Shown here: positions 32,962 through 42,267 of the stretch, in pieces
How positions within the stretch are numbered: position 1 is the stretch's first letter
Layout: each line of letters begins with the position of its first letter
Source: Escherichia coli
GTDB taxonomy: Bacteria > Pseudomonadota > Gammaproteobacteria > Enterobacterales > Enterobacteriaceae
Direction: 5' to 3' (one strand)
DNA: 64,000 bases
Assembly (NCBI RefSeq): GCF_003334335.1
Contig: NZ_QOWQ01000011.1
Translations under genes and position numbers: made by a program
The notes under the pieces: model-generated
What the model saw: only the letters and a program-made list of their open reading frames with translations
Databases searched by the model: none
What the model was told of the DNA's origin: nothing

Positions 32962-33861
32962 TTACGCAGAGAAAAAGGCGATGAGGAGCGGCACTAACAG
33001 GCTAAGAATAAAACCGTGAACAATTGCCGCCGGGACCATATCCAGCCCGCCAGTACGTTGAAGAACGGGCAGGGTGAAATCCATTGATGTGGCACCGCAT
33101 AAGCCCAGTGCAGTAGAGCGGCTGCGGCGAATCAGCCCAGGGATCAACATAATAGCAATCAGTTCACGGGCCAGATCATTAAAAAACGCCGCGCTCCCGA
33201 TTACCGGACCAAAAGATTCGGTCAATAAAATACCGGAAAGAGAATACCAGCCGAAACCGGAGGCCATTGCCAGCGCGGTATTGATGGGGAGATCAAGAAT
33301 AAAGGCGTTAATTAAACCACCAATTAATGAACTGACAACCACCACCACGGCGACAATCATTCCCCGGCGATTAAGGACAATCTGCTTTAAGGTCATGCCA
33401 TTATTGCGCAACTGAATACCAACGAGGAAAAGTAGCAAAATTAACGTGTATTCACTGGCTTCGGTCGCGTGTTGTAAGAAAGCCAGTCCACTTAGACCAA
33501 TGGCAAAACCAATCACTACTACGCCGCACAGTTTTAGCGACTCCAGCGCCATCGCAATACGCGACGGGAGTTTTTCTTGCTGATGGTGGTTGCGCCACGG
33601 CAGGCCTCGCTCCAGCCACATCAGGGCGGCAATATTACACAGTAAAATAACGGTAATACTGACGGCAGAATAATGCAGAATCGCCAACAGGTTACTGGCG
33701 AGGTTATCGAGAAACGCCAGACTGATACCCATAAAAAAGAGAATAAGGTAAACCATCCAGCTTAATAGCTGATTAATAACTTTTAACGCAGCTTGTTGGC
33801 GAAGCGGAATGAGGTAACCCACAATCAGGGGAACCAGAATGATTAACAGCCCAGAAAACAT
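32962..33861 (-). CDS. lysO: L-lysine exporter LysO (YbjE), 299 aa
   Basis: ATG at 33859-33861 gives MFSGLLIILVPLIVGY; an in-frame upstream GTG at 33909 would give a 315-aa form. Confidence 0.85.
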   Translation of the reverse strand: MFSGLLIILVPLIVGYLIPLRQQAALKVINQLLSWMVYLILFFMGISLAFLDNLASNLLAILHYSAVSITVILLCNIAALMWLERGLPWRNHHQQEKLPSRIAMALESLKLCGVVVIGFAIGLSGLAFLQHATEASEYTLILLLFLVGIQLRNNGMTLKQIVLNRRGMIVAVVVVVSSLIGGLINAFILDLPINTALAMASGFGWYSLSGILLTESFGPVIGSAAFFNDLARELIAIMLIPGLIRRSRSTALGLCGATSMDFTLPVLQRTGGLDMVPAAIVHGFILSLLVPLLIAFFSA

Positions 33862-34019
33862 GAAAACCCAGTCCTTGCAAAGATGAAGTCGAAATGCGCG
33901 ATGACACACTACTGAAAGCGGAAGGACGAGTAAAGTTGCAATTAAAAGGAAATGTTATGCATAAGGAGCAGTAGAGTATTCGTTTTCATTTAAAGATATT
34001 CTTGCGCTTTAATTACAAA

Positions 34020-34285
34020 CTGCACCGATGTTGGTGGCGTCAAAATCGCCGAGGCGTTCCCTGAAGGCCGGGGCAGCCCACATGGATGTGGGCTGAGGGC
34101 GCGTTTTACAGGGATGTTACCTCGCGCCCGACCCGGTAGCCGTAAGGGATAAGTCGAGGGCACCGCGCAGCGGCGATTTTGTTCGCCAGAGCCCGGGGGT
34201 GCAGGGGGCGGCGGCGATTGGCCGCCCCCTGCGCGCTCCTTGCGCCAGTGGCAATATGTTGCTTAGCTCATGAAAGGAGCGCAAC
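34020..34285. other. GC-rich, hairpin-dense non-coding block between lysO and aqpZ
   Basis: Three near-perfect inverted repeats: CAGCCCACAT-GG-ATGTGGGCTG (34074-34095), GCAGGGGGCGGC-N8-GCCGCCCCCTGC (34201-34232), GCGCTCCTT...AAGGAGCGC (34233-34282); no ORF of 60 aa or more on either strand. Confidence 0.6.
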
Positions 34286-34315
34286 AAGATGATGAATCAA
34301 CATATAACAACATCT

Positions 34316-34346
34316 TAAAAAAAGGCCTGACATTACGCCAGGCCTT
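34316..34346 (-). terminator. Intrinsic terminator of aqpZ
   Basis: 8-bp stem AAGGCCTG/CAGGCCTT hairpin followed on the minus strand by a T7 run, directly after the aqpZ stop. Confidence 0.8.
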
Positions 34347-34355
34347 CTGCGTTAA

Positions 34356-35051
34356 TTAATCACGCTTTTCCAGCAGGGTCCGGTAAATCAGACCACCGAT
34401 AATGCCGCCGACAATTGGCACCACCCAGAAGAACCACAGTTGTTCTAATGCCCAGCCGCCCTGGAAGATAGCAACCGCGGTGCTGCGCGCCGGGTTAACA
34501 GAAGTGTTAGTCACCGGAATACTAATTAAGTGAATCAGGGTTAAGGCCAGACCAATAGCGATCGGCGCAAAACCTGCCGGCGCGAATTTGTCGGTTGCGC
34601 CGTGGATCACCAACAGGAAACCTGCACTCAATACCAGTTCAACTACCAGCGCGGAAAGCATGGAATAACCGCCTGGTGAATGCTCGCCATAACCGTTAGA
34701 AGCAAAACCGCTGGCTGCCGCGTCAAAACCCGTTTTACCACTGGCAATTAAATACAGCAGCGCCGCTGCAACAATACCGCCGACAACCTGGGCAATTACG
34801 TAGCCAACGACTTCTTTTGCCGGAAAACGTCCGCCAGCCCATAAACCAATAGTGACCGCCGGGTTAAAATGACCACCAGAAATATGACCAACAGCAAAGG
34901 CCATCGTCAGAACGGTCAGACCGAACGCCAACGCCACGCCGGCAAAACCAATGCCTAATTCCGGGAAGCCTGCGGCCAGTACAGCACTACCACAGCCACC
35001 AAAAACAAGCCAGAAAGTACCAAAACATTCAGCTGCTAATTTTCTGAACAT
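34356..35051 (-). CDS. aqpZ: Aquaporin Z, 231 aa
   Basis: ATG at 35049-35051 gives [24 protein letters not shown]; NPA motifs present (HFNPAVT, NPARS). Confidence 0.92.
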   Translation of the reverse strand: MFRKLAAECFGTFWLVFGGCGSAVLAAGFPELGIGFAGVALAFGLTVLTMAFAVGHISGGHFNPAVTIGLWAGGRFPAKEVVGYVIAQVVGGIVAAALLYLIASGKTGFDAAASGFASNGYGEHSPGGYSMLSALVVELVLSAGFLLVIHGATDKFAPAGFAPIAIGLALTLIHLISIPVTNTSVNPARSTAVAIFQGGWALEQLWFFWVVPIVGGIIGGLIYRTLLEKRD

Positions 35052-35476
35052 ATCCACCTCAATTAAAAATTGACCCTGTGAAAAATATGGTCGTTTTATA
35101 GGGTCGTCGTAAAAAAGTGACGACGGAAATAATGCGCGGCTATTTTAAAAACGAAGGCGAGTCATTCACCAGATAAATAAATCCAGTAAATTTGATTTAG
35201 GGCAACAGCGGGTTGCCCCATATAGTCATTTGTCTGATTGACAGTGTAGTGCACGCAAAAGATTTAATCCTTTAGGCGTAATAAAAAATAATTTATCATG
35301 CTAATTATTTGATTTTGTTGTTTTTGCAGACTTATCAGCAAGAGGGAGTATAACGCGATTATTCGCTCATTTTTCAGACATTTGCCATGCTTAAATGTGA
35401 TGTCATCACGTATTAGCAAGGCCTTTCCCGTTATACTGCCAGCGTAAAGGATAAGTCACATATTTCTGGAGGGGAT

Positions 35477-37135
35477 ATGATTCTTGAGCGCGTTGAAATT
35501 GTGGGTTTTCGCGGTATCAACCGTTTGTCGTTGATGCTGGAACAAAACAACGTCCTGATTGGGGAGAACGCGTGGGGTAAATCCAGCTTGCTGGACGCCT
35601 TAACTCTGCTGCTATCGCCAGAATCAGATCTCTACCATTTTGAGCGCGACGATTTCTGGTTCCCGCCGGGAGATATCAACGGGCGAGAACATCATCTGCA
35701 TATTATTTTGACCTTCCGCGAATCGCTGCCAGGCCGACATCGGGTTCGCCGTTATCGGCCGCTGGAAGCGTGCTGGACGCCATGCACCGATGGCTATCAC
35801 CGTATTTTTTATCGTCTGGAAGGGGAGAGTGCGGAAGACGGCAGCGTGATGACACTGCGCAGTTTTCTCGATAAAGACGGACATCCGATTGATGTCGAGG
35901 ATATTAACGATCAGGCACGCCATCTGGTGCGTTTAATGCCGGTGCTGCGCTTGCGTGATGCCCGTTTTATGCGCCGTATTCGTAACGGCACGGTGCCAAA
36001 TGTCCCTAATGTGGAAGTCACCGCGCGCCAGCTCGATTTCCTCGCCCGTGAGTTATCCTCACATCCGCAAAATCTCTCTGATGGGCAGATTCGTCAGGGA
36101 CTTTCCGCAATGGTACAGCTGCTTGAGCATTATTTCTCTGAGCAGGGGGCCGGACAGGCGCGATATCGTTTAATGCGGCGGCGAGCCAGCAATGAGCAAC
36201 GAAGCTGGCGCTATCTGGATATCATCAACCGGATGATTGACCGACCTGGTGGGCGCTCGTATCGGGTTATTTTGCTCGGCCTATTTGCTACTTTGTTGCA
36301 GGCAAAAGGCACATTGCGACTGGATAAAGACGCCCGTCCATTGTTGCTGATCGAAGATCCAGAAACCCGTTTACACCCCATTATGCTTTCAGTTGCCTGG
36401 CATCTGTTGAATCTTCTGCCATTGCAGCGCATTGCCACCACCAACTCGGGTGAGTTGCTTTCGTTAACGCCGGTAGAGCATGTTTGCCGACTGGTACGTG
36501 AGTCCTCGCGCGTTGCCGCCTGGCGTCTGGGGCCGAGTGGCTTGAGTACCGAAGATAGCCGACGCATATCCTTTCACATTCGTTTTAACCGTCCGTCATC
36601 GCTGTTTGCACGCTGCTGGTTGCTGGTGGAAGGGGAAACGGAAACCTGGGTTATCAATGAACTGGCGCGTCAGTGCGGACATCATTTTGATGCCGAAGGG
36701 ATCAAGGTCATTGAGTTTGCCCAGTCCGGGCTAAAGCCACTGGTTAAATTTGCCCGCCGAATGGGGATTGAATGGCATGTACTGGTCGATGGCGATGAAG
36801 CAGGGAAGAAATATGCCGCTACGGTACGCAGCCTGTTGAATAACGATCGGGAAGCCGAACGAGAACATTTAACGGCGTTACCGGCGCTGGATATGGAACA
36901 TTTTATGTATCGCCAGGGATTTTCCGATGTGTTCCACCGCATGGCGCAAATCCCGGAAAATGTACCGATGAATCTACGCAAAATTATCTCGAAAGCGATC
37001 CATCGCTCTTCCAAACCCGATCTTGCCATTGAAGTGGCAATGGAGGCAGGACGTCGTGGTGTGGACTCCGTACCGACGCTGCTGAAAAAAATGTTCTCAC
37101 GCGTGCTGTGGCTGGCGCGCGGTCGCGCGGATTAA
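35477..37135 (+). CDS. ybjD: OLD-family-like ATPase with C-terminal TOPRIM-like region, function unknown, 552 aa
   Basis: Walker A GENAWGKSS (about 35561-35584); Walker-B-like LLLIEDPETRLH; C-terminal LLVEGETETW and VLVDGDEAGKKY resemble TOPRIM E and DxD motifs; GGAGGGG RBS before the ATG. Confidence 0.85.
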   Translation: MILERVEIVGFRGINRLSLMLEQNNVLIGENAWGKSSLLDALTLLLSPESDLYHFERDDFWFPPGDINGREHHLHIILTFRESLPGRHRVRRYRPLEACWTPCTDGYHRIFYRLEGESAEDGSVMTLRSFLDKDGHPIDVEDINDQARHLVRLMPVLRLRDARFMRRIRNGTVPNVPNVEVTARQLDFLARELSSHPQNLSDGQIRQGLSAMVQLLEHYFSEQGAGQARYRLMRRRASNEQRSWRYLDIINRMIDRPGGRSYRVILLGLFATLLQAKGTLRLDKDARPLLLIEDPETRLHPIMLSVAWHLLNLLPLQRIATTNSGELLSLTPVEHVCRLVRESSRVAAWRLGPSGLSTEDSRRISFHIRFNRPSSLFARCWLLVEGETETWVINELARQCGHHFDAEGIKVIEFAQSGLKPLVKFARRMGIEWHVLVDGDEAGKKYAATVRSLLNNDREAEREHLTALPALDMEHFMYRQGFSDVFHRMAQIPENVPMNLRKIISKAIHRSSKPDLAIEVAMEAGRRGVDSVPTLLKKMFSRVLWLARGRAD

Positions 37136-38124
37136 CCGCGAAACATCGTGGCCATTTGTGGCTGAATAGCGTCGAGCATCTCATAGCGCCGACGGTATTC
37201 AGCCCGTTTTTTACTGGCGATTTCGGCAATCTCTTTTCGTGCTATCTGTGCTGGAAGGCGGTAATGGCGTTCAGCATCACATACGCCGCCAACCGATTCC
37301 CAGAAAGCGTTGTAATCAGCGTGGATCTTGCCTTCTTTATCGCGATAACGCAGGCTGCGGTAAATATGCGTTTCATTGCTGACGGCAATAATCTGCTCTA
37401 CCTGCAAACGTTGGGCAAACAGACAGGCCGCTTCCATCACGAGGCGTTTGGGAAATAGCCCGTGGCAGGCTTTCGTCGCATTCTGGATTTCCTGATGTGG
37501 AATTTCCCATTTTGCGCCTTGCAGTCCGCCAATAAACATCGTTCTTTTCCCCTGATATTCACACAGGGTAAACGTGATCTCTGCCAGAGGAATACCTTCG
37601 CTGTTGCGGAACAGGATTGTGCTGTCACCTTCTTTATCCATTGAGATCATCATGGTCAGCTCAAGCGTGAACTGCTCGCCGTTTTTGCCTTCCAGCTTCG
37701 CCAGTTGCAGCCCGGGGGTATTCAAATATAAGCTGAATTCTTCCGCCGACATACATTCGCGGAGTAACGCATAATGGTAACGTAACGCCTCCAGCAATTG
37801 CTTACGGCTAAGATTCGCCGCAAGGTAAGGGCGATGCAGACGCACAGGCAGTCGCGGCTGGCGCGTTAACAATACATTGAGATTAGGCCAGTGGGAAAGT
37901 TCGTTCATCCACTCAACGCTTAAACGCGGCATAATCAACGAGCGCAGCAAAAATTTCTGGCGAAAACTACGGCGATGCCAGAATTTACCCGGCCGACACT
38001 GTCCACGTGCCAGACTAAGAAAAAGTGACAGGCTGCTGAGAGATTCAGATGGCGTAAAGGTCCGTTCAGTTAGCTGCGACATATTCATGAAATCAATGGT
38101 TATACATGGCGTCGATTTCACCAT
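37132..38124 (-). CDS. ybjX: VirK/YbjX-family protein (DUF535), 330 aa
   Basis: 330-aa ORF; stop codon overlaps the ybjD stop (TTAA); internal in-frame Met codons at positions 13 and 15 make the start uncertain. Confidence 0.75.
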   Translation of the reverse strand: MVKSTPCITIDFMNMSQLTERTFTPSESLSSLSLFLSLARGQCRPGKFWHRRSFRQKFLLRSLIMPRLSVEWMNELSHWPNLNVLLTRQPRLPVRLHRPYLAANLSRKQLLEALRYHYALLRECMSAEEFSLYLNTPGLQLAKLEGKNGEQFTLELTMMISMDKEGDSTILFRNSEGIPLAEITFTLCEYQGKRTMFIGGLQGAKWEIPHQEIQNATKACHGLFPKRLVMEAACLFAQRLQVEQIIAVSNETHIYRSLRYRDKEGKIHADYNAFWESVGGVCDAERHYRLPAQIARKEIAEIASKKRAEYRRRYEMLDAIQPQMATMFRG

Positions 38125-38238
38125 TGCGTATCTTAACCAAACATCAATAGTGTGATTACTAACGTAAATTTTAGGGTTTTGTTGATATTTCGTTGAAGTT
38201 AATGACCCGGATTGGCATATGGAGTATTCAGAAAATTT

Positions 38239-39354
38239 ATGAAAAAGCGGAAAACCGTGAAGAAGCGTTACGTTATTGCGCTGGTGATAGTCATCGCCGG
38301 ACTGATTACGTTATGGAGAATTCTTAACGCACCCGTGCCGACTTATCAGACGCTGATTGTGCGCCCCGGTGATTTACAGCAAAGCGTGCTGGCGACCGGA
38401 AAGCTGGACGCGCTGCGTAAGGTTGATGTGGGCGCGCAGGTCAGCGGTCAGTTGAAAACTCTGTCGGTGGCGATTGGCGATAAAGTAAAAAAAGACCAGC
38501 TTTTAGGGGTTATTGATCCTGAACAGGCTGAAAACCAGATTAAGGAGGTCGAAGCAACGCTGATGGAGCTACGTGCGCAGCGGCAGCAGGCGGAAGCGGA
38601 GCTGAAACTGGCGCGGGTGACGTATTCCCGTCAGCAACGTCTGGCACAAACGAAGGCTGTTTCACAGCAGGATCTCGACACCGCCGCGACGGAGATGGCT
38701 GTGAAACAGGCGCAAATTGGCACCATTGACGCGCAAATCAAGCGCAATCAGGCTTCTCTCGATACGGCTAAAACCAATCTCGATTACACTCGCATCGTTG
38801 CCCCGATGGCCGGGGAAGTCACGCAAATCACCACTCTGCAAGGCCAGACGGTGATTGCCGCACAACAAGCACCGAACATTCTGACGCTGGCAGATATGAG
38901 CACCATGCTGGTAAAAGCGCAGGTTTCTGAAGCGGATGTAATCCACCTGAAGCCGGGGCAAAAAGCCTGGTTTACGGTGCTTGGCGATCCACTGACGCGC
39001 TACGAGGGGCAAATCAAGGATGTACTACCGACGCCGGAAAAGGTTAACGACGCTATTTTCTATTACGCCCGTTTTGAAGTCCCCAACCCCAATGGTTTGC
39101 TGCGGCTGGATATGACTGCGCAAGTGCATATTCAGCTCACCGATGTGAAAAATGTGCTGACGATCCCTCTGTCGGCGTTAGGCGATCCGGTTGGCGATAA
39201 TCGTTATAAAGTCAAATTGTTGCGTAATGGTGAAACACGCGAGCGTGAAGTGACGATTGGCGCACGTAACGATACCGATGTTGAGATTGTCAAAGGGCTT
39301 GAAGCGGGCGATGAAGTGGTGATTGGTGAGGCCAAACCAGGAGCTGCACAATGA
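38239..39354 (+). CDS. macA: Macrolide efflux periplasmic adaptor (membrane fusion protein) MacA, 371 aa
   Basis: ATG at 38239 gives [21 protein letters not shown]; coiled-coil and beta-barrel adaptor architecture. Confidence 0.9.
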   Translation: MKKRKTVKKRYVIALVIVIAGLITLWRILNAPVPTYQTLIVRPGDLQQSVLATGKLDALRKVDVGAQVSGQLKTLSVAIGDKVKKDQLLGVIDPEQAENQIKEVEATLMELRAQRQQAEAELKLARVTYSRQQRLAQTKAVSQQDLDTAATEMAVKQAQIGTIDAQIKRNQASLDTAKTNLDYTRIVAPMAGEVTQITTLQGQTVIAAQQAPNILTLADMSTMLVKAQVSEADVIHLKPGQKAWFTVLGDPLTRYEGQIKDVLPTPEKVNDAIFYYARFEVPNPNGLLRLDMTAQVHIQLTDVKNVLTIPLSALGDPVGDNRYKVKLLRNGETREREVTIGARNDTDVEIVKGLEAGDEVVIGEAKPGAAQ

Positions 39355-41297
39355 CGCCTTTGCTCGAATTAAAGGATATTCGTCGCAGCTATCCTGCCGG
39401 TGATGAGCAGGTTGAGGTGCTGAAGGGCATCAGCCTCGATATTTATGCGGGTGAGATGGTCGCGATTGTTGGCGCTTCGGGTTCCGGTAAATCGACCCTG
39501 ATGAATATTCTCGGCTGTCTGGATAAGGCCACCAGCGGCACCTATCGCGTCGCCGGTCAGGATGTTGCCACGCTGGACGCCGATGCGCTGGCGCAACTGC
39601 GCCGCGAGCATTTCGGCTTTATTTTCCAGCGTTACCATTTGCTTTCGCATTTAACCGCCGAGCAGAACGTTGAAGTACCCGCCGTCTATGCTGGTCTTGA
39701 GCGGAAACAGCGACTGCTTCGTGCCCAGGAGTTGCTGCAACGGCTGGGGCTGGAAGACCGTACAGAGTATTATCCGGCACAGCTTTCGGGTGGTCAGCAA
39801 CAGCGCGTCAGCATCGCGCGGGCATTGATGAACGGTGGTCAGGTAATTCTTGCCGATGAACCAACCGGCGCACTGGACAGCCATTCTGGCGAAGAGGTGA
39901 TGGCGATCCTGCATCAGCTGCGCGATCGTGGGCATACGGTGATTATCGTCACCCACGATCCGCAGGTCGCTGCTCAGGCCGAGCGGGTGATCGAAATTCG
40001 CGACGGCGAAATTGTGCGCAATCCTCCCGCCATTGAAAAAGTGAATGTTACTGGCGGGACGGAACCTGTTGTCAACACGGTGTCTGGCTGGCGGCAGTTT
40101 GTCAGCGGTTTTAACGAGGCGCTGACGATGGCATGGCGGGCGCTGGCAGCGAATAAAATGCGTACTTTACTGACCATGCTGGGGATTATTATCGGTATTG
40201 CGTCGGTGGTTTCCATTGTCGTGGTGGGTGACGCCGCCAAACAAATGGTGCTGGCGGATATTCGTTCTATTGGTACGAATACTATTGATGTCTATCCCGG
40301 GAAAGATTTTGGCGATGACGATCCGCAATATCAGCAGGCGCTGAAGTACGACGACTTAATCGCCATCCAAAAACAACCGTGGGTCGCCTCAGCCACACCT
40401 GCCGTCTCGCAAAACCTGCGCCTGCGTTATAACAATGTTGATGTTGCTGCCAGTGCCAATGGCGTGAGCGGCGATTATTTTAATGTCTATGGCATGACCT
40501 TCAGTGAAGGAAACACCTTTAATCAGGAGCAGCTGAACGGTCGTGCGCAGGTCGTGGTTCTCGACAGTAATACTCGCCGCCAGCTTTTCCCCCATAAAGC
40601 AGATGTGGTTGGCGAGGTGATTCTGGTCGGCAATATGCCCGCCAGAGTCATTGGTGTGGCGGAAGAAAAACAGTCGATGTTTGGTAGCAGTAAAGTGCTG
40701 CGTGTCTGGCTACCTTACAGCACGATGTCCGGGCGAGTTATGGGCCAGTCGTGGCTTAACTCCATTACTGTCAGGGTGAAAGAAGGATTTGACAGCGCCG
40801 AGGCGGAACAGCAACTCACGCGTTTACTTTCACTGCGCCACGGAAAGAAGGATTTCTTTACCTGGAACATGGACGGCGTCTTGAAAACTGTTGAAAAGAC
40901 CACACGTACTTTACAACTGTTTCTGACGCTGGTGGCGGTGATTTCGCTGGTGGTGGGCGGTATTGGTGTAATGAATATTATGCTGGTGTCAGTGACCGAG
41001 CGGACGCGGGAAATTGGCATTCGCATGGCTGTAGGTGCGCGAGCAAGCGATGTTTTGCAACAGTTCCTGATCGAAGCCGTACTGGTTTGCCTGGTCGGTG
41101 GCGCGTTGGGAATAACACTGTCACTGTTAATTGCTTTCACCTTGCAGCTTTTCTTACCCGGCTGGGAGATTGGTTTTTCACCGTTGGCGCTGCTGCTGGC
41201 GTTTCTCTGCTCGACGGTCACCGGGATTTTATTTGGCTGGTTACCCGCACGAAATGCGGCACGACTGGATCCAGTAGATGCTCTGGCACGAGAGTAA
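39351..41297 (+). CDS. macB: Macrolide/peptide ABC exporter MacB (N-terminal ATPase, C-terminal FtsX-like permease), 648 aa
   Basis: Walker [19 protein letters not shown] signature; start overlaps the macA stop (ATGA). Confidence 0.92.
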   Translation: MTPLLELKDIRRSYPAGDEQVEVLKGISLDIYAGEMVAIVGASGSGKSTLMNILGCLDKATSGTYRVAGQDVATLDADALAQLRREHFGFIFQRYHLLSHLTAEQNVEVPAVYAGLERKQRLLRAQELLQRLGLEDRTEYYPAQLSGGQQQRVSIARALMNGGQVILADEPTGALDSHSGEEVMAILHQLRDRGHTVIIVTHDPQVAAQAERVIEIRDGEIVRNPPAIEKVNVTGGTEPVVNTVSGWRQFVSGFNEALTMAWRALAANKMRTLLTMLGIIIGIASVVSIVVVGDAAKQMVLADIRSIGTNTIDVYPGKDFGDDDPQYQQALKYDDLIAIQKQPWVASATPAVSQNLRLRYNNVDVAASANGVSGDYFNVYGMTFSEGNTFNQEQLNGRAQVVVLDSNTRRQLFPHKADVVGEVILVGNMPARVIGVAEEKQSMFGSSKVLRVWLPYSTMSGRVMGQSWLNSITVRVKEGFDSAEAEQQLTRLLSLRHGKKDFFTWNMDGVLKTVEKTTRTLQLFLTLVAVISLVVGGIGVMNIMLVSVTERTREIGIRMAVGARASDVLQQFLIEAVLVCLVGGALGITLSLLIAFTLQLFLPGWEIGFSPLALLLAFLCSTVTGILFGWLPARNAARLDPVDALARE

Positions 41298-41306
41298 TTT
41301 TTGAGA

Positions 41307-41338
41307 TAAAAATGCCAGCCGATCGGGCTGGCATTTTG
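41307..41338. terminator. Bidirectional intrinsic terminator between macB and cspD
   Basis: A5 run, then ATGCCAGCC-GATCG-GGCTGGCAT, then TTTT. Confidence 0.8.
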
Positions 41339-41369
41339 CCTTTAGGATGTACACAATGAGACAGAAGAG

Positions 41370-41594
41370 CTATGCGACTGCCGCTTCTACTTCGACGGGC
41401 ACAATAACACTGGCGTGATTGCCTTTTGGCCCCTGGTGGACATCAAACTGAACGGATTGTCCAGCTTTTAGCGTTCTGTAACCATCCATCTGAATGGTGG
41501 AATAATGAGCGAAAATATCTTCGCCGCCGCCTTCAGGGCAGATGAAACCAAACCCTTTGGCATTGTTGAACCACTTAACAGTACCCTTTTCCAT
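41370..41594 (-). CDS. cspD: Cold-shock-domain protein CspD (stationary-phase replication inhibitor), 74 aa
   Basis: ATG at 41592-41594 gives MEKGTVKWFNNAKGFGFI with RNP1 motif. Confidence 0.92.
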   Translation of the reverse strand: MEKGTVKWFNNAKGFGFICPEGGGEDIFAHYSTIQMDGYRTLKAGQSVQFDVHQGPKGNHASVIVPVEVEAAVA

Positions 41595-41916
41595 GCTTCG
41601 ACATCCTTCGCAAATCTTATACAAGTAAGATGGAATAAACCGGGGTCAGAGAGGGGGCTGTTCAAAACCTCGCCAACTCTAGAAATACAATTTAGAGAAT
41701 TAGGGCGAGCCGTCAAGCATTTGACAGGGGACAAGGGGCAGGTATGAATCAAAAATTTGAAGCAGTTAACGCTATTGACAGGAATGTGACAGATGTCGCT
41801 GATGCCAACGATAGATGATAGTTATCTATCATGTGGAGTAGATTGGTCAGGCAAATAAGCTCTTGTCAGCGGCAGGGCGTTCTGCCGATAACCGTAACCG
41901 AAGATGATAACTGACA

Positions 41917-42237
41917 ATGGGTAAAACGAACGACTGGCTGGACTTTGATCAACTGGCGGAAGAAAAAGTTCGCGACGCGCTAAAACCGCCATCTATGTAT
42001 AAAGTGATATTAGTCAATGATGATTACACTCCGATGGAGTTTGTTATTGACGTGTTACAAAAATTCTTTTCTTATGATGTAGAACGTGCAACGCAATTGA
42101 TGCTCGCTGTTCACTACCAGGGGAAGGCCATTTGCGGAGTCTTTACCGCCGAGGTTGCAGAAACCAAAGTGGCGATGGTGAACAAGTACGCGAGGGAGAA
42201 TGAGCATCCATTGCTGTGTACGCTAGAAAAAGCCTGA
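41917..42237 (+). CDS. clpS: ClpS, N-degron adaptor for ClpAP, 106 aa
   Basis: 106-aa ORF starting [17 protein letters not shown]. Confidence 0.92.
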
Positions 42238-42267
42238 ATGCAGGCATAAAAATTGGGGGAGGTGCCT

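Noticed and set aside
38125-38238. Possible PhoP box in the ybjX-macA divergent region
   Set aside because: Only a single weak TGTTTG-like half-site with no convincing direct repeat at correct spacing; not supportable from the sequence alone.
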